Below are positions 10,101 to 21,700 of a stretch of DNA of 35,082 nucleotides, piece by piece. Under the pieces are notes generated by a model. The model had not been told where the DNA came from. It saw only the letters and a program-made list of their open reading frames with translations, and did not search any database. Source of the stretch: Ministeria vibrans ATCC 50519 (taxonomy: Eukaryota > Protista > Filasterea). The DNA lies in NCBI GenBank assembly GCA_943704425.1, contig CALSCP010001228.1:1-35082 (forward strand), written 5' to 3'. The translations under genes and the position numbers were made by a program. Numbering within the stretch: the stretch's first letter is position 1; each line of letters begins with the position of its first letter.

Positions 10101-11765
10101 CTTTGGGTACATCGGTGATCGCAGCGGTGGGGAACGACAAGGAGTTGAAGAAGGCGGATTCCAAGGCGGCACCGCCGCAGCGACTGACCTCATGGCCCAT
10201 GTTTGGTAGCAGTTCATCGAGGGTTGGCGCCGCAAGTGTTGAGGGCAGTCAAGCATTGGTGAGTGGCGGTGGTTCCAAGGACAACAGCAACATCAACAAC
10301 AACAACAGCAGCAGCAGCAGTGACAACAGTGGTGGTGCGACTCGCCGAGAGGATGTGTGGTCGTATACACCTAATGTGGGTGTACAGGACTCGCAGGATC
10401 CGTTTCGCGGGGTCCTTTCGTTGTGCTCGGGGCAATTTGGCAGTGCGGTGGACACGCAACCGTTGGACGCGAGTGACGAGGAGTACGCCGACGAAGAGGC
10501 ACGCTACGACGCGTTGGCGCTCAAGGCCGAGGCAGATTTGATGCGGAAGCTTGAGGCGGAGCAGGAGAAGGAGGAACAGGTGGCACGCGAGCGGAAGGCG
10601 ATGGAATCCAAGGAGAAGCAGGAGAAGGAGAAGGAGAAGGAAAAGGAAAAGGAAAAGGAACAGGAGCAGGAGCAGGAGCAGGAGCGGAAGGAGCAACAGT
10701 TGATGGAGGAGACAAGTCGAATTGAGAAGTTGACAGGTGAGGAGGAGAGTGAAATGAAGGAGGACAACGAAGAGGAAGTAGAGAAGTCGCAGAAGACGAG
10801 TGCGCCTGTAAAGAAGAAGAAGAAGAGCGACTTTGTGGAAGAGGAGGCGGAGTTGTCGGACGAAGAAGAGGAAGATGATGAAGACGATGATGATGAAGAG
10901 GCAGCAAAGGAAGGTGAAGGAGAAGAAGGAGAGCATGATGGTGAGGAGGAGGACGAGGGGGAGGATGAGGATGACGAGCAGACCATGCACCGGAGACACC
11001 TTATGGAGGAACAGGCGGAAATGGAGCAGTTCCACGAAGAGCTGTTAAACAAGCAACATGTGTTTGATTCGTAAGGCGTGCTGCACACATAGGTGTAATA
11101 ATGGATATTGATTGATTGTGTATTAGGTCGTCTGACGAGGAGGATGGCCAGCCGCGCGAGATTGCAGGGCGGCACGATGTGTGTGTGATGCCAGTGGCGC
11201 GCAAGGAACGCAAGAAGAAGAAGAAGAAGAAGAGTAAGAAGAAGGAGAAGGAGGAAGGTAATAACCGTTTTTATTTGACAATAATAATAATAATAAGACG
11301 TTATGATTATTATTAATACTAATGATAATCATTAATAATAATAATAATAATTATTTTATTAATGTTGTCTTTTTGTAGACAATGTAATGGTTGATTTGAG
11401 GGCAGAGTTGTTCAAGGATGATTTGCCGAGCGATGAAGAGACGCAAAAGTGTAATTTTCTGTCGGATGGTGATGAAGAGGTACGTACACAAGGCACACAC
11501 AATCCTCGACTAATTACTGATTGGGGGTAGGATCAAGATGAGATTCTGGAGAAGCTGAAGCGACGCGAGTATGTGCGGAACATGTCGAATTCAATGCGCG
11601 ACTCGGCGTCACTGATGGGCGACGATGTGAGTCTGCTGATGGACTCGGCAAGTCTGTTAGGCGCAGAGGACCTGTCGCGGAGGAAGCGAAATATTAACAT
11701 TCAACAGCGAAGACCGCGGTGCAGTAGCAGCGCGAACGGGTCAGCGGGTGCAAGTACTGTGACTG

Positions 11766-11812
<47 letters not shown>

Positions 11813-12548
11813 GGTGGCGGTGGTACTGGTGCTGCTGGTGGTGGGATGGGCAAGAGAACTGTGTCTGCGTTTACGACGGGCACGGACAAGGCCAGTGCGA
11901 TGACTTTGGCGGCAGGCATGCGCTCACTTGTGTCCTCCAAAACAGACAGCTACGGCTCTTCAAGTGTGATGCGAGTGCAGCGCAGGAGCTCCAGCTCTTT
12001 TTTGCTAAGATCACCCGGTGCCCTTAGTCGTGTGCAAAGCGTGAGCAAGGTAGCCTAGTTTGTGTGTGTGTGTATGTATGTATGTATGAATGTGTGTGTC
12101 TGTATGTATGCATGTTGGATGTGTGTGTGTGTGTATGCATGTATGTATGCATGTTGGATGTGTGTGTGTGTGTGCGTGTGCGTATGTCTTTGTGGTGTGT
12201 GTGCGTTTGAGAGTGTGTTGCGTCCCTTGAAATGTGCATCTGTGTGCCATCTAGGTGTCTGCGGCTGCACAGACGTCCGGGCGGAAGGGATTTGTCTTCG
12301 AGACGGGTGCATCACAAGACGGCAGTGCAAGCAATGGCACGGCCTCGATTGCGCCCGCTACCTCCAAGGCCAAGGGCAGTGGCACAGCAGTAGCAGAAGT
12401 GTCGCGCGCGTCTGAGCCTGCGTCGCCACAGTCGTCGTCGCGACGCAAGGCCGCTGTGCCCAAGCGTGTAGCCGTCACAGCCATGTCCCCGCGCAAGGTG
12501 CGCCGCAAACGCACTCTCTTGAGCGGCCTCAACAACAAGCCACAGTAA
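7193..12548 (+). CDS. CLSPN: Claspin (Mrc1 family replication-checkpoint mediator), ~1570 aa; exons 7193-7237 (least certain), 7448-11070, 11127-11257, 11379-11479, 11531-12049, 12255-12548
   Basis: Very acidic, low-complexity protein with Claspin islands in the expected order: RESQRLVRD..LP (fork/DNA-binding region), ELKSEMQRAIAQKRLEERLR followed by an acidic run, Chk1-binding-type VLSLCSGQF, FVEEEAELSD, SFLLRSPGALSRV and RKGFVF. All introns are GT-AG and in frame. The start may instead be the ATG at 7469. Confidence 0.85.
7403..7415. promoter_or_regulatory. Candidate E2F site (TTTCGGCGCCAAA; TTTGGCGC on the minus strand) near the 5' end of Claspin
   Basis: It matches the TTTSSCGC consensus on the minus strand and is nearly palindromic, about 55 bp upstream of ATG 7469. 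The motif is short, so function is unproven. Confidence 0.35.
11767..11812 (+). repeat. (ACT)n trinucleotide run encoding poly-Thr in a Claspin exon
   Basis: Directly visible actactact... tract; translation ATTTTTTTTTTTTTTTGGG. Confidence 0.9.
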
Positions 12549-12597
12549 TAAAAGAAGTCGAAAAATACTTTTTAATAAATAATGATGATAGACCCTC

Positions 12598-15067
12598 TCA
12601 GAAGTGCCAATCAGTGTAATCTTCCAGAGGAGTGCTGTGGTTAGTGTTGTTGGGCGAGGGTGTACCCCGCATTTCGTCAAGAAGCCGCGTGCGTTCTGCG
12701 ACTCGACTGGGCGGAGACACAGACGGCTGAAACACATAAAAATCAATTTGGGGAAGGAGAGATTCGAGAAAAGTATTATACCATTTTTCTTGCGGTGAGA
12801 TGGGGAGAGAACCAGCTCTGTTTGTGTGGTGGGGCGTTCTGATTCTGGCTCTGTGGTGACTGTGAATTCATTTCTGGACAAAACAACGCACAGTTCCATA
12901 AAAAAATTGAGTGAGCACTTTGTTTGTAGCACATGCGTGTGTGGGCTTACGTTGAGACTTGAGGAATGTCTCAATGGTACGCTGAGCCTGAAACAGAAAA
13001 AAAAAAAAAAAGACACAAAAAAAGAGATAATAAGAGAAAATGGGATACAGAAGAAAGGAGTGGATGGGCGGATGCGAACCGTTTGTGTAGCAATGCGGGT
13101 GATTTCAGACTCTCTCTTGGTCAGTCGTTGGAGTATTTCAATGCGAAGTTTTGCCATTTCCTTAAGAGCAAATATGAGTGTGAGATGAACGTGAGTATGC
13201 CACAGTGTCATTTTCAGTGTGTGTTCTGTGTGGCGAGTATAATATATACCGCTTGAAATTGACTGTGGTAGTGCATCTCAATGCTTTGTCGTAGTGTGTC
13301 GTGTTGCGCGGCGATTGCAGTGCGCACATGCGATACCACAAACGGCTTGAGCACTCCGTCAATGCTAGTGCGCTCAAACCGCTCCAGTTGGCTCTGCAGT
13401 TGTCCCTACACAGCCCAGTTGAAAGTGTAAGCTATTTTACGAATGACGTACGTTTGTGAGAATGACATGGCCATCGGGAAGAATGCCGGAGAGCTTGGAA
13501 AGAGAAAGATCGCGATGGACATCGGCAAGAACCCGCGGCGTGAGGCTGACGTGCAGGCGCCGCACTAGCTCATCGTCGTTGCCCGACGACGTCCCAGGCC
13601 CCTCGTCCTTCTGGCGTTGTTTCTCTTCCTATGCGCACCGACACACGCACAGACAGAGATAGAGAGAGAGCAAAAACAAAAGAAAAAGAAAAAGAAAGGA
13701 AAGAAACAAAGTGATAGAGAGGAAACGAAACAAAGCGATAACATCAGTCTCATTCTCAATTGCACATTGCCATACTTCGTCTTGTCGTTTAAACTCAATG
13801 AGGTCCGAAAGAGTGCCTGCAATGGTTTCCAGTTGTGCGCGGTGCTGGTCAAGAGTTGCGTCGTGAGCGTCGGTGCGGTCGGCACTGTCGCGCATGAGCT
13901 GGTGCCACTCGGCAATGGACTGGCGCATGGAGAGAAGTTCGCTGCGCACAGACTGTTCGACACTCGTGAGAGGAGTGCGTGGAGAGGCCAAGGTGGATGT
14001 CACTGTTGCCGTTGATGTAGGAAACTGGGGCGCGCCCACACTGCTTACACTCTGGCTTGCACTGCCAATGCTACTCTCGCTGGAGCAATGACTGATCGCA
14101 CTGAGATCGGACATGTCGCATTTTCCTTTAGTGGTGCGTGAGAGACAGTCGGCTGTGTATGTCGAAGAAACCGCATGTGTTGTAGAGATGGGTGTAGGGG
14201 TCGGGTGGAAGTGAACGGCAGTTGAAGTTGCAGTGGGCGATCGCTTGGCTGCGTAGCGATTGACTTCGTCACGCATCGAGCTAAGCACCTGGTCCAATTG
14301 AAATGCACTGCTGCTAGCAGTCGGTGAGGTAGCGCAGGTAGTTTCCTGTCCACCAAAGCCAGTGTTGGTGCGAGATGCAAAGGGGTCCTACAAGAAAGAG
14401 TGTGAACGTAATAAACAGCCAAGCGAGGAGAGCGCTGTCCGTCTCACCTCTCGATAGGCAACAAGACGCGGACGGGGGGGCGTCTCTTGTGGCGCCAGCG
14501 GAGCAGTGAAGCGTGGAGGCGGCGGCGCGGCTGCTGAAGAGACGGGCAGGGCATGGGGCGCGACGTGTCTGGCGGCGGTGGGAATGGGGGCGGAGGCAGA
14601 CGCGAGGTAACGGTCCAGCAGCGGGTCGTATCGACGTGGAGGAGCGTACGCGTTTGCAGAGGACCCGGTCCCGCCGCAATGTGAATCCCGTGCACCATAG
14701 CTCAGTGTGGGTGGTGATGCTGAGGCGGCACGCGGCGCATTGTCCCAGTTTTGGTAAGTGGGCGAATTTGGCGCGCTTCGGACTTGCGGTCGGTCTGTCC
14801 GTCCTGACGATGGGGCCGCCGTTGGAAGGTTCGTCTGCGTGAATCGGGGCGGGTGGGACCGTGGAGGGTGGGAGGCAGTGGCGGTTGCGGCGGCTGAAGC
14901 GCGAAACAGCGGTGGTTCGTATGTGTGAGACACGGTTTGTCGTGAAGGCCATGGGGAGTCTGAAAGAGAGAGAGAGAGATGGAGAGAAAAAGAGCGAAGG
15001 GCCAGCACTGATGAGCTGAGACTGTTTCGTGGGAAGGAGAGAGGTGAAGGGCTGACTTACGGCTCAT
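12598..15067 (-). CDS. Uncharacterised ~600-aa protein with a Pro/Ser-rich disordered N-half and coiled-coil C-half; 9 exons (15067-15061, 14959-14448, 14387-13776, 13628-13452, 13405-13250, 13160-13080, 12987-12951, 12873-12782, 12726-12598)
   Basis: Eight GT-AG introns have mutually compatible phases and give one open 1803-nt CDS: MSHSPWPSRQ...VEQSVRSELLSMRQSIAEWHQL...EMAKLRIEILQRLTKRESEITRIATQTAQRTIETFLKSQ...LEDYTDWHF*. No family was recognised. Confidence 0.7.
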
Positions 15068-15765
15068 CACAAAGTAGAAGAAGAAAACTTTTATAATATT
15101 GACAAGTTCATTGAAATAATTGATCAACTCATTCCACTGATGTTATCTGATAAAATGGCATGGTTCATTGTTGTACAAGGGCTTGAAGCGCTCTGCTTTC
15201 GCATTCGCCTCGCTGCTGTGCTAGGATAAAAAGAAAATGTCAGTACCAGAGCGATAGAGTGAGCAGATGAGGGGAAAGCACAAAACGCTCACGAAGTATA
15301 AAACACTCCAAAGGCACAAAGGGACAATCTCGCAGCGCCTATGACTCATGCAAAGCCTATGGCATAGCCGACTAAAGCTATTGCACACGCAATAAACAGA
15401 CCACAAGGGGTCCTGATGCAGCGGGTCTCCGTGGCAAGCACAGAACGGACAGGACACGGTGTCCGGGTTGAGGCCACAGCGGACCAAAACAACGTCCCTT
15501 CCATGAGAGCACAAAACACGCACAGAACGTGAATGTTCGTGCTCTCAAAGTCGGGACACCCGACACACACACATCGACAAAAAGAGTACTCTCATTATCG
15601 CTGTGGGTCCTCCTAACACCGCATTATGTGCAGGCAATGCACTAAAGGTATCACGCGCGATAAACAAACCAACCAAAAAAAAAAAAAAAAAAAAAAATAG
15701 ACCTTTTGTCTCGCTACCGCTCACACACACGCCCATCGCTCTCTATCCTCTTTGTGGCTCTGTAG

Positions 15766-18700
15766 GAACTCCTTGATGGCTCGGTTCCCGAAGAGTACTA
15801 TGTCGTTTTCAACTCGTCAGGCGTCCTTGACCACATACTCACGCACTCAAACGAAGAGGTGGATCGTGCGCCTCTCACCAACTTATTCGATCGCATCGCG
15901 CACGCGTTTGGTTTTGACTGGTCCGCACACGGCACTCGCGACGATCACGACATCCACGGGGCTCACTCCGCAGTGTACACGGTCGGAGAAACACCGCTGG
16001 CTCGCGTGCGTACCCGCTCGCTCGACAACCATCCAGGCATGTCCACTCGTCATGGCGGCCATCGTCAGCAGGCCGAGTGGAATCACGTCACCGAGGCTCA
16101 CTGGAGCCAGACTCATGGTCTGCCAGAGTCTTTTCATGTACGCGAGTCGGGATCAGTGCCACTTGCTCCCGACACACGAACCGCCCCGGTCGACGTGCCC
16201 CTCCACCAATCCGCGGGCGAAAGTGCTCGTGCGCTTCGCTCAGCGGAACTCACACTGCAACTCATGCACGTTGAGCCCACTGGTGCAACAGCCATGTTGC
16301 AAGAATACCATCAACGCGAGCAGCGTCCCGTGCCTCTCTGCTCGTCGGAAACACGCCAACCCGCCGACCTGCTTGCCTCACGACCCGTCCACCCGTCAAC
16401 CCCCGACGGTGCAGACGCCTCCGAACAACAGCTCGCTCAGTTGGTCCATGCGTTAGCCATGGCCGAATCTGCTGAACTTGAGATGGACTCGAAAACTCTC
16501 TCGGCTCACGTTGACTTTGTGCGTGCCCACCCAAACGCCGTCACGCTCCTCTTCAACCGATTCCTCTCCACCGCCTCGGCTCCTTCCTCAGTTACCGACA
16601 AAACCCGTCGTCTGGTGCTCTCCATCCTTGGGCTTGCGGCTGGTCCCACTGCCGAGTCCATGCTGCTTCGTTGTCTTCAGGGCGAGTGTGGCACTCTGGT
16701 GAATCCGTCGTCGGGCGCTGCAACCGCCCTCGAATGGGACGTTGTTCATGCCCTCGGTCAACTGCGCCACGCCTCCTCGTCCACTCTACATGCCCTGCAC
16801 GCTCACACAATCGACGCACCTGCAAAACATTACTTGTGGCCCCTCGTCGGTGCGCTTGTGCGGCACATGCACCCCTCTCCTAGCACAGCTGCCTCGCTCG
16901 ACGCTCTTGCCGCCGCAACTCGCGCCTGCTCTAATCATCATGTCGAATGTGTCGTTGCCGGTCTCAATGCCCTCGGGAACGCCGGAGGTGCACACCACTC
17001 TCCGGACGCGCTGAGCACCATCCACGACCATCTCGAGCATCCCAGCGAGCCAGTGGTCGTTGCCGCCACTCAGGCACTTCGTCACGTGCCCACTCTCGAC
17101 GCTGAAACGCAGCTGCTGGACCGCTTGTGCGACCATCCGTCGCCTGCTGTACGTCTCTCGGCTCTCAGTGCCCTGCACGACCGTGTCCTCTCAACGGACG
17201 CTGTCCGTCGTTTGAGTCACACCGAACAGCAGCTTGTTGACCGTGTGAGCCGGAGCGAGCCTAACGACGCGCTTGCACACGACGCTCGCGTCACACAGGA
17301 CCTCGCGGCGCTTCTCGATCACAATCGAGTGACCCGTGCCACTGCTGTGGTGCGTCAAGCGCGTCGTGCCGTAAAGCATGTCCGTAATCGCCGCTACATT
17401 ACGAACGCGCCAACAGTGGCGCTCCTCACCGGCGGCTATGCCAACTCGTGGTCCGACGTCTTTGGTGTCGAAGAGGCCGGCACCAGCATCAGCATGGCGT
17501 CCGACAACTCGGGCTCCATCACCATGGCGGGCGCCAGCGAAACCACCACTCGGTCCGAACTGAAGGCTCATTCCACCGTCAACGGTGTCTTCTTGCAGGC
17601 GCGTTTTCCCATGGCCGAGGTACTCGCGGCTGTCACGTCGACACTCGACGAGCACTCCGTGCCCGCCAATGCCCTCAATGCTGGTCAGGACCCCCGTCTC
17701 GACTGCTCCCAGCTGTCCACGGTGAACTCGGCTGCCTTTGCAGCGCTTCCCGCCTGTCCTTGCTCCATTGCCAAAGACTCTAATGGCATTTTCATCAACC
17801 CCGATCGGTCGCTGTGGGTCAATTCGTACGAGAGCTCACTCATGCTTGCTTTTTACAAGCCTGGCGCCCAATTGTGCCTTACTAGTCGCCTACAAACTCC
17901 CACCGGTCCGCGTGTCGCCGAGCAACAGTGTTGCTACGCTACTCCGCTTGGTGCCAGCGCATTTGAGCTCATTACCCTTGGCGACGGCGCAGGCTCGGTG
18001 CTCTCCGTGTCACCTTGGTACAACTACGCGCGCGAGCACTTTGTCGCCGACATGGCGCCCCTCATCTCGTGCCGCAACCAAAACCAGCGTGCCACCTACA
18101 CGACGCGACGTCCGACGCTGTCGGGCACCTGTACCGCCCAGGACTCGGGTGTGACCTCGCCCGCGTCGAGTGAGCCCATTCGTCTGGCCAACGTCGCCGG
18201 CGAACAGCTCATCATGAGCTACACTGGCTACAGCGCACAGCTCAAACCCTCGATTACGGCTCTCACCAGCGTCATTGGTTATGGACACGTTCCCCTGAGC
18301 AACGAAGTGCTTCCCGTGTCGCTTTCCATGGACCAGGCTGAGCTCCTTCTTCTCTTCGATATGATTGCAGCGCAGAATTGTGTCCAGGCACTCGACGGTA
18401 CTGCCGCCTTTACCGACGACATGTTCTCCGCCATGGTTTCGTTTGCCCTGTCGCTCGGCTGCACCGCATTCACCGCGTCGCCCCTTGCCTCGTCCGTCAA
18501 CAACGTTGCAGCTGTACCTAGCAACTTCTTGCAGTACACCCAAAGTGATTTGCCGTCGGGTGTCACCTTCTTGGTGAATCGTCGCCAGGCCGAAGGCGAA
18601 CTCTTCCTTCGTGGCGTACCCCTTGTCCTCACGCCCACCTACCAGAGCAGTGCAACCCTCTTCAAGATTGCCGGCAATGTTTTGTCAAGCGTCACACCTT

Positions 18701-21700
18701 TCACCACTCTTGGTCAGTCGCCCACGCTTGCCTCCTACTCGTACGCCACCTCGCATCCGCGCACCGCCGTCCGCTTCTTTGGACCCTCGCCCGTTTCCAT
18801 CTCCTTTTCGACGGCCGTCTTCTCGTGGACTTCCACCGGCAATGGCTTCTACAGCGGCTCCATTAACATGCAGATACAGCCAAGTCTCGCCAAGTTCTCG
18901 GCGAGTGCCGTCAGCTCGGTGGACCTTACCGTGGCGGCCTCCTCCCAAATTAGCCAGGATGGCGAAGAGGGCAAACTGGCGCTGTCCGCTGACATTGCCA
19001 AACAGTCCCCGTCGAGCAGTGTCTCGCAGACCCTCAAGGAATTTCCCTACACCTTTGAGCACAACGACTTTGTCGACTCGACACCCGTCTCCACCACGCT
19101 TACCCTCGAGTACCGCTGGCAGGATCCCGTGTGCGGCTCGTGTGGCAAGGGTTGCCAGTCGTGCAAGTGGGAGTGGACCAGCTGGACCACCATCCCCGTA
19201 TGGAACCTCAACTTGCCCAGTCAGCATCAGGTCGTGGTGCAGGACCAGGTGACATTGACTGAGTCACCGGGCCCTTATGGCGCGACCGTATTCGACGGTA
19301 GCGCCGAGCGCGAACTGGACTTCTCCCAAAACACTCGCTTTGCCTTGTGCTCATGGAACGCCTTTGCTGTCACCAACACGCGCATCGCCCTGTACGAGGT
19401 GGGCCTCGTCACTAGTGCCAGTGCCACGCCAACCACTTGGATGCCGGTTGGCACAGCTCGCTTTGCTGCCATCTACCCGTCCGGTGGCATTCAGTCGGCA
19501 CAGCTCTGTGCAGTGCGAGGCACCACCTTTGGCGGGCAGAAGCTTGTGCAGTACAGCAACGGATTTGACATCGACACGACGCCGCCGCTGGTGGGTGTGG
19601 TATTTGACGGCGAGCTTAATGCCGATCTCACCTACACGAGCGTGCAATACTCCGCCATGGGCTCGTGGACCATGAACGACCCAACCTCGGGGCCTATCGC
19701 GACCGAGATTACCGTCGCTCTCGCACCATTCACCACCGAACTCCTTGTGCCTTGGGTCTTTGTGGGCGCCGTCAAAACCTACACTCAATGGTTCACGTTG
19801 CAGACGGCCCTACCGCAAGACACCACCGTCTACTACGGCGTGCGTGGCATTAACGAGGCCGGCCTCATGTCGGTGCAGTGGTCTAATGGTGTCACTATTG
19901 ACTTGACGCCGCCCGTTCTCCCGTCTCCTGGCGTGCTCATTTCCTCGGCTCGACGTGCTCTCTTGCCGGCCGTTAACGACGAGTCATCCGACATTCTGCG
20001 CTTCTTCCAGTCCGACGCGTCAAGGGTCAACGTCACCTTCCCGGCTCTTAACGACCCCGACAGCGGCATCAGCACGGTGGACGTGGCGTGTGGACCGAGT
20101 CCGGGCGACATTACTACGGCTGTTGCCTCCGCCACCGGCCTTACCTATGTGTCGTCGTCGCCCTGGCACGAGTTCACCGAACTCTCGCTTGTGCACGAGA
20201 GCTCTTACTTCTGCTGGATTGTCGCCTACAATGGCGCCGAAGACCACGCCGTTTACATTGGACCGGCTTTTGTCGTCGACACTGAGGCACCCGTTGTACT
20301 GCGAGTGCTCGACGGCAACGCCGCCACCGACGAGGTTTTTCAGGAGACCCCAAGCGAGGCGTGCGTCAGTTGGCTTGCCCAGGATAACACCAGCTCCATT
20401 GTGCGTGTTGAATGGGCCGTGGGCACTGCAGTCAACACGGATGATGTGCTCTCGTGGGGTCCGGCCTCAAATCAGGTGTCAGCGGGACGCGACTGTCGCA
20501 CCGTGTCGCCGCCCATGACCGACGAGACGATGCTGTTCACGTCGGTGCGCGTCACCGACGCTGCTGGCTCCGTGAGCGCTCCAATGAGTTCGAATGGGTT
20601 TATTGTGGACGACACACCACCCGTGGCGGGTGCGGTCCTCGACGGGTGCACCGTTTCGGGCAGTGACATTGAATTTCAGGCGGACCCCACTCGCGCATGT
20701 GTCACGCTGACTGGCTTTTCTGATGTGGACAGCGGTATTTTGGGCTACAAGGTAGCGTACGGCACGTCCCCTGGCTCGGAGTCCCTCGCGCCCTTCACCT
20801 GGGTCGACGGCCTTGCCCTCTCCATCACCGAAGGTCTCAACTTGACGGCAGGCGTGCCTGTTTACGGCACGGTGCGTGTGTACAATGGCGCCGGCCTGTT
20901 CACGCAAGCAAGCTCCAATGGGTTTGTCACGGCCCCGTATCCGCCTGCTCTTGGCACGGTGTTTGACGGACAGAATGCGACCGTTGACCAGGCATTCACG
21001 AGCAACCCAACACACATTTGTGGTACCTGGTCAGGCTTTAGCGAGCCTATCAGCGGTGTCACCTATTCGGTTGCGCTCGGCTCGCAACGTTGGCTCACCG
21101 ACCTTGCGCCCCTTCGTTCGGTCGGCACCGACACAGATTACTGCTTTACCAACGTGTCGGTGGCGCTCGGCGTCACCGCTCACGTTATTGTGACTGCCAC
21201 CAGCGGCGCCAACCTTAAGACTAGCACCAGCAGCAATGGTATGGTAGTGGACACAACGGAACCCGTGGCGGGACTCATCAATGACGGACCCGGCTCGGAC
21301 GTCGAATACATAAAAGATTTGGCTCAGGCATCGTGGAGCGCCACACCGGCACCCACACTGTACGGCTACTCTGACCAGGTCGGCCCTCCCGAGCCCAAGA
21401 GCACCGCGCAGTTTGCATACCTCGCCGAGGATCTTATTGTGTTCCAGCCGGCCGATGTGCGCGTGCCTGTTGCTGGAAATGACTGCGACGATGTGCTGCG
21501 ACGCTCTGGAGGAACCGCTACCACGGGCCTCTACATTGTTCAAGGTGAAATGTCGTCGGCTGTCCAGCTCATGTGCGAAATGACCACTGCCGGCGGAGGC
21601 GTCGAGCTGATTGCTGCGTACACTGACGCGGATGGTGCCCACTGGAACTACACGTCGGACTGGGGCTTTGGACCCGCCTTTGGCAACGTGGGCGATCTCG

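Noticed and set aside
12055-12415. Cys/Val- or His/Thr-rich ORFs as metal-binding proteins (also near 31078-31543 and 31876-32220)
   Set aside because: They are translations of (GT)n/(CA)n intronic microsatellites.
12312-13211. 299-aa minus-strand ORF with hydrophobic stretches as a membrane protein
   Set aside because: It is read-through of T-rich introns plus short exons of the 9-exon gene and antisense Claspin sequence; the Phe-rich parts are polypyrimidine tracts.
14314-14952. 212-aa ATG-initiated ORF (MAFTTNRV...) as the real protein
   Set aside because: The overlapping frame (SPWPSRQ...VAYRE) is the one bounded by a good acceptor and donor and in phase with adjacent exons.
15346-15348. 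In-frame TGA in a hydrophobic minus-strand frame as selenocysteine or recoding
   Set aside because: TGA is a normal stop in several genes here, no SECIS was recognised and the frame itself is unverified.
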